Shown here: positions 39,001 through 50,916 of the stretch, in pieces
Layout: every line of letters begins with the position of its first letter
Position numbering within the stretch: position 1 is the first letter of the stretch
From: Harriotta raleighana
Lineage: Eukaryota
Assembly (NCBI GenBank): GCA_050575255.1
Contig: JBNZDD010013535.1
Span: 338,221 to 402,220 of the forward strand
DNA length: 64,000 nucleotides
Direction of reading: 5' to 3'
The notes under the pieces: model-generated
What the model was told of the DNA's origin: nothing
The model's input: the letters and a program-made list of their open reading frames with translations, nothing else
Database searches by the model: none
Translations under genes and position numbers: made by a program

Positions 39001-40339
39001 CTACAAAAGAGAATGCAGAAAGCGTTAGACTTACAGCAGCAAGTCACAGCCCTGTCCATTCCTTTATTTATCTCTGTTTATTAGGTTCAGCAATAACACA
39101 TTACATTGGTATAATGCCTTTCACATTCGGAGGACGTTCCAAGGCATCAGCAACAAGGATGGGACAGTGACATGGGTTCAAGATGAGACAGAGAAGTAGA
39201 TATGTGGTCCGTGTCAGAAACTGTGTTGAGAGGGTGGGACAGGAGGTCGAGCTCTCAGCAAATGGTCAGTCCATTTCAACTGCTCTGAGCAGCAGAACTC
39301 ACTGTGACAACCCTCAACCCTGAGGACAACATCTTCCTTGCTTTGGTTGAATGCTGCAAACATTCATTGATCGAAACATCTGATCTGCCTGAGTTGCCTA
39401 CTGCCTGCCAGATTTCTCAGTCTCATTCGTGACCCAGCCACTGAGAGTATATGAGGGGTATTATAATCCCTGAGTTTTATGTTCTGCCTATATAACATCA
39501 AAATGTCTCCGATCGCTTTATAGGTAAAGTGTAGTGACTGTGTCATTGTGAGATAATAGGCAGCCATTTTGTCCAGGCAAAGATGTCACAAAAACTTATA
39601 AAGTCGCTGAGCAATTTTTCAGTAGGAGCAGAATGGTAACTCTCTCCCTCATTGTCCTCCAACCCTTGGAATGAAGAACCTGACGTCTACATGACTCGCT
39701 CTGAGGAGGCTTGGAATTTACTACACTATATGGGAAATGTACAATCGCCAGTCCTTGCCATAGGCTGGCGATTACACACGTAAACAGAATCTGGATGCAA
39801 AAGTCAAAAGTCAGCAAAAGTCAGCACAATAATGCTCTGCAAATGAAGCAGTACGTTTAGCACTTGGGCCCACTAAAGCCATGAGTCTAGATCATGTCGT
39901 GTCGTGCGCGTATTTCATAGGCGTTCCAATCTGGCATGTGCACACCCAGCTGTGATGTCAGTGAAGAATGTGAAATATAGAGAAAGTGGAAGCCTATCAG
40001 GCATTTTCTCTTGACATGTGCTGGCGGCTTTCATCAACGTCCAGCTGTTGATTCTACCATCTGCAGAAACATGGGAGGGTGGTCTGCTGCTGGTAAAAAT
40101 CCACAAGAAGTTAAAACAGTTGGGTATCTCCCCGAAGCCTGAAGATGGTCCAGAAAAATGTCATTCATGTAGGAGACCTTCGCAAACCGTAAAAGCTCCT
40201 TATTGCCAACCTCCACCGCAGACAGTTCTGTAGACAAAGCCTGTTACTATGGACTGTAAGAGCCAATATAACTCAAAGATTCTGCAGCAGAAGGCAATTG
40301 ATCTCAAGATTACTAAATTATGTGTAGTGAAGGGCTTAC

Positions 40340-40473
40340 CTACTACCAGAGCAGAACACTCTACTTTCTCCTTCCCCAGCATGAGCTGTAATGTCTCTAC
40401 CTGAGCTGGTGCTGTTGAACTGTGCATTGATCTGCCATGTGCTGTGTCCTCCCTCTCCAGAAATTCCTTCAAA
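40340..40473 (-). CDS. NRIP2: NRIP2 coding exon 4
   Basis: ctcctgcag|(G)LKEFLEREDTAHGRSMHSSTAPAQVETLQLMLGKEKVECSALVV(D)|gtaagc; 134 bp. Confidence 0.9.
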
Positions 40474-41064
40474 CTGCAGGAGAGAAATGAATAAAATTAG
40501 ACTGAAGGTCTGCTTTTTCCAAACTCGTTGATTAAATGACGGTAAAGTAGATATCTTAGAGGTGACAAAACCATCTGAATTTGTTTAGTGTCCTCCGCAC
40601 AGGTTAGCATCTCAGAGCATCGATTTAAAGCGGACTCTGACTCTCAGCCGGAGAAAAAGGGGGAGGTGATTGTAGGTATCGCTGAAGATGGGTAAAGGGC
40701 AAGATAGAGGGAATGAGTTATGGAGGTTCAGGGCATGGTGGTTGAAAGCAAGGCTGCTGATGGTGAAGAGGAGGGGGTTGAGTGGGCAAGGCAAAGCTTG
40801 GAGAAGTAAGGAGTTGCTAAGGGATGAAATGATTTGTAGATGCTTCTGAGGATATTGAAATCAATCCAATATGGGACAGAGACCTAGTGAAGCTTGGCAA
40901 GGAGTGATGTGATGATGGCTGGGGAGTTTGGTGAGGATACTGGTGGTAGGGTTTTGAATCAGTTAGACTTTGCGTGTAGTGGAGCAGTGGGAGGTCCTGC
41001 AAGTGAGGATGAGGGTGCTATGCCCCACAACTGGCTATAATTGTAGTTTGAACATAGAGACAAT

Positions 41065-41345
41065 AGTCCATTTGGATTGCAATTGTGAATGGAACAGGGT
41101 TAATCAATTGGGATTCTGCCATACGAGATGGGATCGATTCAGATTGTAGTGTTGAATGGAGAGTTTGGTCCATTGGGATGCTGTATCATGAAAATGGAAA
41201 GGAAAGGGTTTTGTCCATTGGCATTAGGTACAGTGAGAGTGATCAGAATGGGATTCTGTATTATGAGGGAGAGTGGGATGGGATTTGATCTATTGAGGTT
41301 TTGTATAGTTGGGTGAACGGGAAAAGGTTTGATGCATTGGGGTTT
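41065..41345. repeat. degenerate ~43-bp tandem repeat, same family as 36590
   Basis: Recurring gtccattgggat(t/g)ctgta..gtgaatgg units. Confidence 0.55.
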
Positions 41346-42440
41346 TATTCAGCTTGTAAATTGTATTTCTCCCTCAAAGGTACAGAAGCATCCTTCTGAA
41401 TATGCACAGCTTTTTTCAGGTGTTCCAAAGAATATTTTAATTACTTTTTTTTAAAGGGAGAAATGTTTGCAGGTGTGTCGGGAATGTCATGTGGTGCTAC
41501 CCACATGGCAGGATAAAGCACACAGCAAGGAGCTGACAGGAATGATTATATTTCTGAAATGTCATGTTGCTCATTGCCCTGGCAAGAATTGATCAGAGCC
41601 ACAGCTGCTGAGTCTAGATCAATTCTATTTCCTGCTCTCCGCACACCATTTTAATACAGTAATAAGCAAGATGCTTGTTTCTGTATCCTCAGGGGATGGA
41701 GGATAAAAGAGGATGAAGGAGTAATGTTTATGAGAACCCTCACTCTGTGTGTGTGTTTTAAGCTCTCAGTGGATTCATCCTGACTCACAATAAACTACAA
41801 AAATCACGAACGTGCTGGTAAGCAGCCCAAGCAACTCAAGTTATTGTTTTGTTTTAAAATATGAATCAGGGATGGACTGATCAGATTAATGTCAATGTGT
41901 TTTGCGGGCACTAAGAGTGAGAGATTATGTGCATTCAGACTTGATTCCTTTCTGACATAAGCCCTTGAGCAATGAATAAGGCTGGTGGGAAGATGGTCTT
42001 TATCACAAATGGTCTGTCTAGAAAAGCAACAGTGCGTTGCTCCAGTTGTATCGAGCCCTGCTTAGATCTCGATTGGCATCTGTGTTGAGGTTTCTAATCT
42101 TAGCCTTGGGAAGCATCCAGTCAGGATTGGACATGAAAGATCCCATAGCGCTATTCGAACAGAGAAAGGAGGTTTTCATATCATGCTGGCAAGCAATCCC
42201 CCAAGTAAAATTGATCACTCCCTCCATGGATGTTTTGGGGACATTGATGTGTGGGATTGGCTGCCGCGTTTCAACCACAAAATGTACAGTCACTTCAATA
42301 TGTCATGTGAAGCACCTTGAGACTTCTCAACAATGCGATGCAAATACTATATCAAATGCAAGGATTATGACATGGAGCTCTAGAGATCATAGGGGCTGGT
42401 CTCCCAGCTCCACTAGAATAGCAAACACTGGATTTCTTAC

Positions 42441-42523
42441 CCTAATATGTTTAAACAACCCTTGGATATGGTGTTGTCTTTGCAGCCAGTGTTGATGGTG
42501 GCCTTGAGTTCTCGGTCATAGCA
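42441..42523 (-). CDS. NRIP2: NRIP2 coding exon 3 (aspartic-protease-like motif exon)
   Basis: ttcctcag|CYDRELKATINTGCKDNTISKGCLNIL(G)|gtaaga; 83 bp; aligns to recalled human CQDQLLRVAVDTGTQYNRISAGCLSRLG. Confidence 0.9.
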
Positions 42524-43152
42524 CTGAGGAATAAAGGATACAAAGGGCAGTGAGTGAGAGAGAGTAAGAGTAGAGAATAGCAGACCAGGATAAAACTAAC
42601 ACCATCACATAGGCATCAAAATAAACACAGTTCCACACACACCCACACACACCCACACCCACACGTAGACACATAGATGAATAGGTGCTCACGGAGACTC
42701 AAACACCCACAAAGAAGTAGGCTTTTGGCAGATCCTCTTAGAAATTTTCTCTCAAATCACTTTGTTTAATTTGAGAGAAAATTTAAATGTAGATAAAAGA
42801 AAACGTGTGGAGGAACAGTAATTGAGGGTTTGGGGATACAGTGGGGAAATGGCATTTTGGGTGCATGGCTTCATTTGAGAAGCAAACACCAGTTCCAATT
42901 CAATGGGTTGAAATGCATGATAAATTTCTATGGTTTTCTGGTAAACAAACCAAGAATAATAATACCACTTGGGTGGTAGAGGTTTTAGTGAAGGCCGGTG
43001 TGTGGGATTAAACAATCTGATGAGAATTAATTAACTGATTAAATTGGCTGGATGGGCTGAATGACCTTCTCCTGTTCCTAATCATATTTCCTCATGGAAA
43101 GATAACTGCATTTCTTTCATAAAATATTACATGGAGTTAGACCAGTGTGGTC

Positions 43153-44000
43153 CAACAACAACAAATTACATTTGTATACCGCCTTTCACATCAGGAAGAC
43201 ATCCCAAGGCGTTGGACGGTCAACAATCCGCAGCCAAACCGGTGGTTGGGATCAGTGGGGGCTGCAAGGCAGGGAGAGTAGGGATAGGAGGATGACCAAA
43301 GGCATGGTTGAAGAAGAGATTCTTGAAGTGGATCTTGAAGGAGGAAAGGAAGGGTGGGAGTTGGAGGTCCTGTGGGATGGTGTTCCAAACGGTGGAGCCA
43401 GAAAGGCTATAGGGAAAGTGGGGCATGTAAAGCAGGAGCAAGCTGTGTGGGGGGTAGTGAACAGGTTAAGAGGTCACAGAGGTAGTGAGGAGCAAGGCTT
43501 TGAAGGTGAGGACCAGGATCTTGAACTGTATCATCTGAGTGAGGATGAGCCTGTGGAGCTGGGTGAGGATGGGCTGATAAGAGTTGCAGAGCCTCGTCCG
43601 GCAAGGATGCAGGCTGCAGAGTTCAGGATGATCTGTGGAGGGAGGAGTTGGGGAAACCCACAAATTGGGAGTTTGCATAATTGAGTCTGGATGTGATGAG
43701 TCTCAGCGGCCTGCGGTGAGAGACAGTGGCACAGCTGGACAATGTGACGCAGGTGGGAAAAGCCTGAGCGGGTCACGGTATAGATGTGGGGGATGAAGGA
43801 CAACTGGGGGTCGAACAGGATGCCAAGGTTTCATATTGGCTCCCTGAAGTATAGAGTACATCCATGAGGAGTGATGCTGTCAGCACCCGAGGAAAGGAGC
43901 CACTGAAGGAAGCCAAGAATGAGGGCCTCCTATCCTTACTCTCGGTACTTGTTGACTTTTAACTGGAGAAAGCTTGCTCTCATCCAGGACTTGATGTCGG
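43153..44000 (-). mobile_element. L2 LINE 3' fragment in NRIP2 intron 2
   Basis: HLRHIVQLCHCLSPQAAET, QPILTQLHRL..IQFKILVLTFKAL; (TTG)n tail. Confidence 0.8.
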
Positions 44001-44101
44001 TGTGGTTTGGTAGATAATGCAATGCTCCAATTATAGTCTCACTCAGTCCAGTTATAGTCTCAGGTCAGGGTTGTGAAAGATTATATGTGATGGTAACATA
44101 C

Positions 44102-44281
44102 CGTGCAGGAAACTTTCAGGGAGTCCCATTGATTCAAACAGGCTACGTCTTCTGTCACATTTAGCTTCTCAGTCTGCTCAGCCAGAGGTGAGCGAATTCT
44201 GGCCTCCATGCCTTTGGCATCTGCGTGCAGCTTTGTGATGTTGCTGTCCAGTAATCTCCTCTGAACAATGCTGTGAGGTTG
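44102..44281 (-). CDS. NRIP2: NRIP2 coding exon 2
   Basis: ttgctcag|QPHSIVQRRLLDSNITKLHADAKGMEARIRSPLAEQTEKLNVTEDVACLNQWDSLKVSCT|gtatgt; 180 bp. Confidence 0.9.
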
Positions 44282-45179
44282 CTGAGCAATGAAAGAGATC
44301 TCACAGGGTTTTATCATTTCATCAAAACATCCTAAAGCACTTAAAAAGTTCAGTGATGAGAATCTTTATTTCTGCTTTTTGGAACTCTGGTGTGTGTGTG
44401 TATAAGTGTGCGCACACGCATCTCTCTCTCTCTCCCTCCCTCCCTGTGGTGTGTGTATATCCTCTCAGTGTCTGTGTCTCCCTCTGGGGTATGTGGAGGT
44501 TGTTTTTCTCAAGTACATTTTTGTCTTTCTTTGGAGTGTGTGTTTCTCTGGTGTGTGTGTGTGTGTGTGTATACAGTATCTCTCTTTCTGTTGTGTGTTT
44601 CCTGTCTACTCCCTCTACTCATCAAGCTCCATCTGCTCCCCGTCCCCCACCCAGCCCACCCCACTACCAACAATTAGCCTTCAGTTCTCTGCTCCCACCC
44701 TTTGGCGTTCCATCACCCAGTCCTTTTGTCTTGCTCCCCCCCCTTGCCTCTTTCAAAGCGCATCTCTTCGACCATGCATTCAGCCACCCTCCTGACTCTA
44801 CCCTCCTTATCCTTCACTCACACAATCCCAACACCGAGCTCAGGTCCAAATCCCTGACTGTCCAGTGACTTGGAATGTCTCCCTCTCTTGGTATGTGTCT
44901 CTCTGCTATATGCATCTCTCTCTGGTTGTGTGTCTCCCTCTCTCTGGTGTCCGTGGGTGTCTGTCTTTCTCTCTGGTAAGTGTGTGTGTGTATCCCTCTC
45001 TCTCTCTGGTGTCTGTGTGTGTTTCTCTCTGGTGTGAGTGTGTGTGTGTGTGTGTGTGTTTCGCCCACAAATATACAATCAGTTCACTTTACAGTATATT
45101 CTACGAAACTCTTTGAGATGTCTAGAAAATGGAAAAAGTGCTGCATCAAATGCAATGATTATTATTATTATTAGAATCT

Positions 45180-45390
45180 CCCTTCTCTTTTCAAAATAAT
45201 GCCAGGGGATCTTTAATATCGACCTGAACAGGCAGCCAGGGCCTCAGTTTAATGTCTCAATTGAATGAAGGAACCTCCAACATTGCAAAGTACCACCAGC
45301 TCTACACTGGAGTCTCATAAACTAGGGGATCCCAAGTCCCAATGTGAGGGTTGAAACCCGCGATTTTCTGGCTCAGAGGCCAGAATCCTA
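45180..45390 (-). mobile_element. Deu-domain SINE fragment (further copies near 5690-5940 +, 42090-42368 +, 54760-55140 -)
   Basis: aaaataatgccaggggatctttaatatcgacctgaacaggcagccagggcctcagtttaatgtctca resembles the recalled Deu-SINE central domain. Confidence 0.65.
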
Positions 45391-45879
45391 CTATCTCCAT
45401 TGCTGACCTGGTTGACTGGCAGAATTGACGTGTAGGGCGTGCGGCTCGAAGCTCAAACACTGAGAGTGCATTTCCCATCCACTGGTACTGTGGTCCAGTC
45501 AGTGAGTGTTTGAACAGACCGAGCCTGAGCTTTGACTATTCAAACATCGTTCAACTTCACTCCATCTCCTGGCTCTGTGCCACACACCATTTGAAATATT
45601 AATAACCCTTGCATTTGCTATGGTGGCTGACAACAACAACTTGCACTTCGAAAGCACCCTCCGTGCAGGCTGGTGTCTCATTGCCCTGATAAGGGGATTG
45701 TACGCACAACCGCCTGACTCAGCTGCAAGAGTTCTTCCAATTGAGTCAAGCTGACACCTTGTCATGGATTGAAGTGATAATAATAATAGTTATAATAATC
45801 CTTGCACTTGATATAGTGCCTTATCACTTGCATCTCAAATTGCTTCAACAACTTTTATATAGCATTTAAATACCGTTCT

Positions 45880-46330
45880 TCACCTGGCAAAGGTTTGACA
45901 GTGCCCGAGTCTGGCCTGGAGCCACACGGAGAGGGAGGTGGGGAAAAAAGCTGTTCTGGTCATGGATTGGATGTGTGGGAGAAAGGAAAGCTAGGGCTCA
46001 AACCTGACACCCAAAATGTCTGTAGAATCAGTGAGTCTCAAGGAAAGTCGAGGGAGGTTGAGGAGTTCATACCCATAGGACGGAAGATACTGGTGGGAGC
46101 CAAAGAATGTGGCTTCCGTCTTGCCAATATTTATCTGCAGGAAATTTGCGCTCATCTAGGCCTTGATGTCCATCAAATAAGTGGGCAGAACATCAGTGGA
46201 TTGGGAGTTGTAGCTGAAGATAGAGAAATAGATTTGTGTGTCATCTGCATACATGTGGAACTTAACCCTGTGCTTGCAGATGACATCACTAAGAGGAAAC
46301 ATAAGGACGGGGGAATGAAGGGGGCTAATG
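45880..46330 (-). mobile_element. L2 LINE RT fragment
   Basis: MFPLSDVICKHRVKFHMYADDTQIY..LMDIKA. Confidence 0.8.
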
Positions 46331-46494
46331 AAGGGGGATGGAAGCCCTAGAGTTCCCAGAAGTCGATCGAGCAAGATAACATAAACACAATAGGAAATGG
46401 AAAGGTAATAGGAAGTCATAACAAAAGGTGCAACTAATCAAAAGTGGGAGAAGGACGTCATCAGGACATTTAGACAGGTTGGAGACAGTTACCC

Positions 46495-48460
46495 AAATAA
46501 GAGCTATTTACACAAACGCACATAGCATAAGAAATAAAACAAGTGATTTGGAAGAATAAATTCAGCTTAAAGGATGTGATGTAGTAGCCATTACAGAGAC
46601 CTGGTTACAAGCTGGACAAGACTGCGAGCTAAATATTTCAGGCTATAAGATCTTTAAAAAAAGCCAGGGACATTGGGAAAGGAGGAGGAACAGCAATAAG
46701 GACACTATTACAGGAACAGAAAGGTAAGATTTCAGTAAGGGTGATCAGGAAACACTGTGGGTAGAAAGAACATCAATGGAGGTAAGACACTGTGGGCAGC
46801 AGTCTATAGACCTCCAGAAAATTGTGATGTACTGCAGTGGGAAAATGTATAAATATGGAGATCAGGAAAGCATGTAGCAAAAGCAACGTGGTTATACTGG
46901 GGGATTTAAATTTTCACATAGACTGGGAGAAGCTGGAATCCTCAGGTAGTCAAGGCAATGAATTTCTAGAATGTGGACAAGTTTCAGGACAAGTTTTTGG
47001 GACAATGTGTTAGAACCAACCAGTGAACAACACCCATCGCTGGATTTGGTGATGAGTAATGAACCAGAACTAGTTCACAATCTGACACCAAGGGAACATC
47101 TTGCAAATAGTGATCATAATATGATTGAATTTGACATTAGATTTGAGAGGGAGAAGGAAGAGTCCCTATCTAAGGTTTGAAATTTAAGTGAGGCAAACTT
47201 CGATGGGATGAGAAATATATTGACCACAGTAAACTGGACTGAATTGTTGTTGGGTAAGCCTACAAATGAACTGTGGGACATATTGAAAAAGTATTTGATA
47301 CTATACAGAACAAGTATGTACCCCTAAAATCCAAAAGCTCTAATCAGGCAGTTAAGCAAACACGGGGGACAAAAGAGGTTAGCGATTCCATCAAGCTTAA
47401 AGAAAAAAACTGACTCAAATGCAAGAGGAAGTGGGAATGCAGTGGACTGGGAGAACTACAAAAGGCAAAAAAGGGCGTATGAACAAAAACTTGCAAAGAT
47501 TATTAAAAGCAATAGTAAGAGCTTTTATAAATATATAATAATAAATATATTTAGAGAAAGGTAAAGATGAATGTGGGTCCGTTAAAGACAGATGCAGGTG
47601 AGACTCTAATGGAAAATAAAGAAATGTCTGACTTGCTAAATGCTGTAATTACTTTGCTACTGTTTTTACAATCAAGGATGAGGACAAAATACCAGCCGTA
47701 AAGGGAACCTGAAAATAAATCCAAGAGAAATGCTAAACAAAATAAATTGTAAAAATGGAAATGGAGAAAATAATGCGTCTCAAAATAGACAAATCTCCAG
47801 GACCAGATAGTTTCCACCCCAGGGTGTTAAAAGAAATAGGAAATTGCAGATACATTTGTCATTATTTTCCAAACCTCACTAGATTGATCTAGGTAAGGAC
47901 ATCAAACTTAAAATATCTAAATTCACGGATGATACTAAACTAGGAGGGAGAGTAAACACATGGAGAACACACTTCAGGGAAGACATATTGGTCCCGGAGG
48001 GGGTGCAGGTTCACTAGAATGTTACCAGCCGTAAAAGGGTTAAATTACAAGGAACGACTTGGATGTAAACGTGGATAGTATTCACTTAAGTTTAGATGGT
48101 TTGGGGTAATTTGATTGAGATACTCAAGATGATAGAGGGATTTGATAGGGGAGAATCTATTTCCTCTGGCGAGGGAATCCAAAACAAGGGGCAAAGTCTT
48201 AAAATTAGAAGCAGGCCAGTTAAGAGTATAATCAGGAAGCATTTTTTCACTGAGGTTGGTAGAAACCTGGAATTCTCTTCCCCAAAATGTCGTGAATGCT
48301 GGATCTTTCAACACCTTCAAAAGTGAGGTTGATTACTTTTTGATGGGATATGGGAAGAAAGTGGGAAATTGGAATTGAAAGGATTTGTAGAGGTACGATC
48401 AGCCATGATCTAATTAAACAGCAGAACAACTCGAAAGGATGAATGGCCTATTCCTGCTTC
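46495..48460 (+). mobile_element. CR1 LINE, degraded (endonuclease plus 3' part)
   Basis: YTNAHSIRNK, VAITETWL, LDLVMSNEP..SDHNMIEF, KSPGPD, DDTKLG remnants; 3' end gaatggcctattcctgcttct. Confidence 0.85.
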
Positions 48461-48868
48461 TGTGTTTTTTTTCTAGGAAGGGGAGTTGAGTGACCAGATG
48501 CTTGATGGGGAGATGGTGATTGAAAGGGTGGTGGGAGAGATGGGGTCAAGAGAGTGTTGGATGTGGGCCTTGGTAGGAGCCATGGTAGGAGGAGCAAGCG
48601 ATCAAGGAGTTATGGGGAGAGGGGTAGGTGACAGTGGAGAGGGAGCAGAAGAAACAGCCAGGCAGGATGTTATCTATCTTAGAGAAAAAGAGGTCCTTGG
48701 CCTCTTCACACTTTGTGTCTGAAGTGAGGATTCAGGTGCTGTAAAGAGGAATTGCTGGATAGTTGGAGTATGGGTTCTGTCATGCCTCAGTGTATTGTCT
48801 CCTGCGGGTGGGAACTCCTCAACCTCCCCAGGCTCTCCTTCAGACTCACTGAACCCGTGTGCAAGATT

Positions 48869-49213
48869 GGCCTGTAGCTCAGTGGTTAGAGAACTCCCCT
48901 TGCAAGAGAAAGGACCTGGGTTCAATTCCTGGGCAGGGCGAAACGTTGGGCAAGATTCGTTATTCCACACATCTCAGTTTACCAACAGTAATTAAGGTTG
49001 TTAGTTGATTGGTGGGTCAACTTTTAGGGGTGATAATTGCTTCCCAAATAATAATAATGATTTGGTCACTCAAAGCATGACAGTTTGTGGGATGCCGTTT
49101 GGTGCACAAAATATACAGTCAATTAATTTTGCAATATATTCTGTGAAGCGCTTTGAACCATCTCAAAGACATGATAAGGCGTTATATCAAATGCAAGGAT
49201 TATTATTATTATT
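48869..49213 (+). mobile_element. tRNA-derived SINE
   Basis: tagctcagtggttagag..gggttcaattcc head; (att)n tail. Confidence 0.82.
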
Positions 49214-49400
49214 CTGGCACCTTTCCTTCACGTCAGATGAACGCCCCAAGGCTTTTTCCCCAGGATTGTAACCTGGATAACTGAATAAAACATCGCCTTT
49301 GCTCAGTTTGTCGATGTGAGCAAAGAACAACTACCCACCTCCCGGACAGATATAACATTTGATGTAAACAGAGTTTTATTAGTACCCTGGGGCTGTGCAC

Positions 49401-49539
49401 NNNNNNNNNNNNNNNNNNNNNNNNNNNNNNNNNNNNNNNNNNNNNNNNNNNNNNNNNNNNNNNNNNNNNNNNNNNNNNNNNNNNNNNNNNNNNNNNNNNN
49501 NNNNNNNNNNNNNNNNNNNNNNNNNNNNNNNNNNNNNNN
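49401..49539. other. assembly gap (139 N)
   Basis: Run of n. Confidence 1.
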
Positions 49540-49818
49540 GTATAGCAATTCCAGGGTGAAACCTTGGGTAAGTTTCCTTACTCCACTCGCCTAATAATAA
49601 TCTCTCAAAAAAAAACAATAATAAATTGGGCATTTTCAATCCACGACTGTGTGTGGGGGACGCTGCTGTGTGTGGGGGGGACGCTGCTGTGCGCAATTGG
49701 CTGCCGCTTTTCGCCCACAAATATATACAGTCAATTTGCTTTACAGTATATTCTGTGAAGCATTTCGAGATGTCTAGAAGATGTGAAAAGCCGCTATATC
49801 AAATGCAAGGATTATTAT
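49540..49818 (+). mobile_element. SINE copy truncated by the assembly gap
   Basis: Same core and tail as 54282; follows the N-run. Confidence 0.8.
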
Positions 49819-50019
49819 ATACAGTGAATTCACTTCGAGGTATATTCTGTGAAGCGCTTTGAGACACAGTCTAGAAGACGTGCCAAACGCTATATCAAAC
49901 ACAAGAATTATCATTATCATTAATATTATCACTACAGTATAATACCAGCCACCAACTCGGTATCAGCAGGACCTGAGAGCTGTAGCACTGAAGCTGACAG
50001 AGCAGGCAGCTGCACTCAC

Positions 50020-50175
50020 CAGAGATTTAGCTGTCCCCATCCTGTTCAGACCGTCCAAAGGGAGCAAATCTGCCGAGTCCTTGTGAGTGAACTGGACGGC
50101 TTGTTTCAGCCTCCTCTGCTGGTGCAGAATCGCCTTGTCTCTCATGTTCAGCATCTTTTCCTTGCACTCAGACAT
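50020..50175 (-). CDS. NRIP2: NRIP2 coding exon 1
   Basis: MSECKEKMLNMRDKAILHQQRRLKQAVQFTHKDSADLLPLDGLNRMGTAKSL|gtgagt; NRIP2/3 signature QQRRLKQA.QF.HKDSADLLPLD; in-frame TAA upstream of the ATG. Confidence 0.92.
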
Positions 50176-50916
50176 CACTGCTGGATTCGCCTCCTTATTC
50201 TTATCGCTTTGCCTCCCTCCCTGTCTTTATCTGGGTACTAAAGCACGAACTAAACTAAGTAAACCTGTTCTAATGCTCTCTCTCTCTCTCTGTCTCTCCT
50301 CTCAGCTCTTCCCTCTGCGCTTGGTTTAGTGACTCTCACCCCCTCCCTCACTCCCTCCCAGTTGCAACACGTCACGACCATACATACATCTCCATGAATG
50401 TAATAGCTGGAGAGAGAGAGAGAGAGGGAGAGAATCTGCAGGAACCTGCTGTACAGACAGGGAAGGAACAGGGGCTCACTCAAACCTCATAGCTAATTAA
50501 CGTTGGTTACATCAAACCCATCACCTCAACTTAACTCTCCCACCCCCACCCCCAATGGCCTGGGCAGTGATTTTTGTACCTTTACTAAATATTTTTGTGA
50601 ATTCCTCGTCTACAGTCGATGTCCATCCCAGCCAGCGTTTGCTGAGATTTTTAATAGTGTAACTTCTGCTCTCTCCCAGTCATGTGAATCCTTGAGTAGA
50701 TTAATGATTTTTTAATTTTTTATAATTCATTTAAAGAGAATTGAGGCAATTACAGGATTGGCTGGAATCCCATTTAAATTTAGATGTGAAAAACAATCCC
50801 CAATATCATATTTGAAGTCGATTTGTTTAAGGCAATTTGTGGAATAGATTCCGTGTTGAGGCTCCCAATGTATCGTTTGCAGACCAGGCTTTTCACAATT
50901 AGTTCTTCAAATACAT

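Noticed and set aside
39744-39774. Hairpin AATCGCCAG..CTGGCGATT as a miRNA or structured RNA
   Set aside because: The stem is only about 12 bp, too short for a pre-miRNA, and has no other support.
49303-49720. ORFs spanning X runs
   Set aside because: They are created by the 139-N gap.
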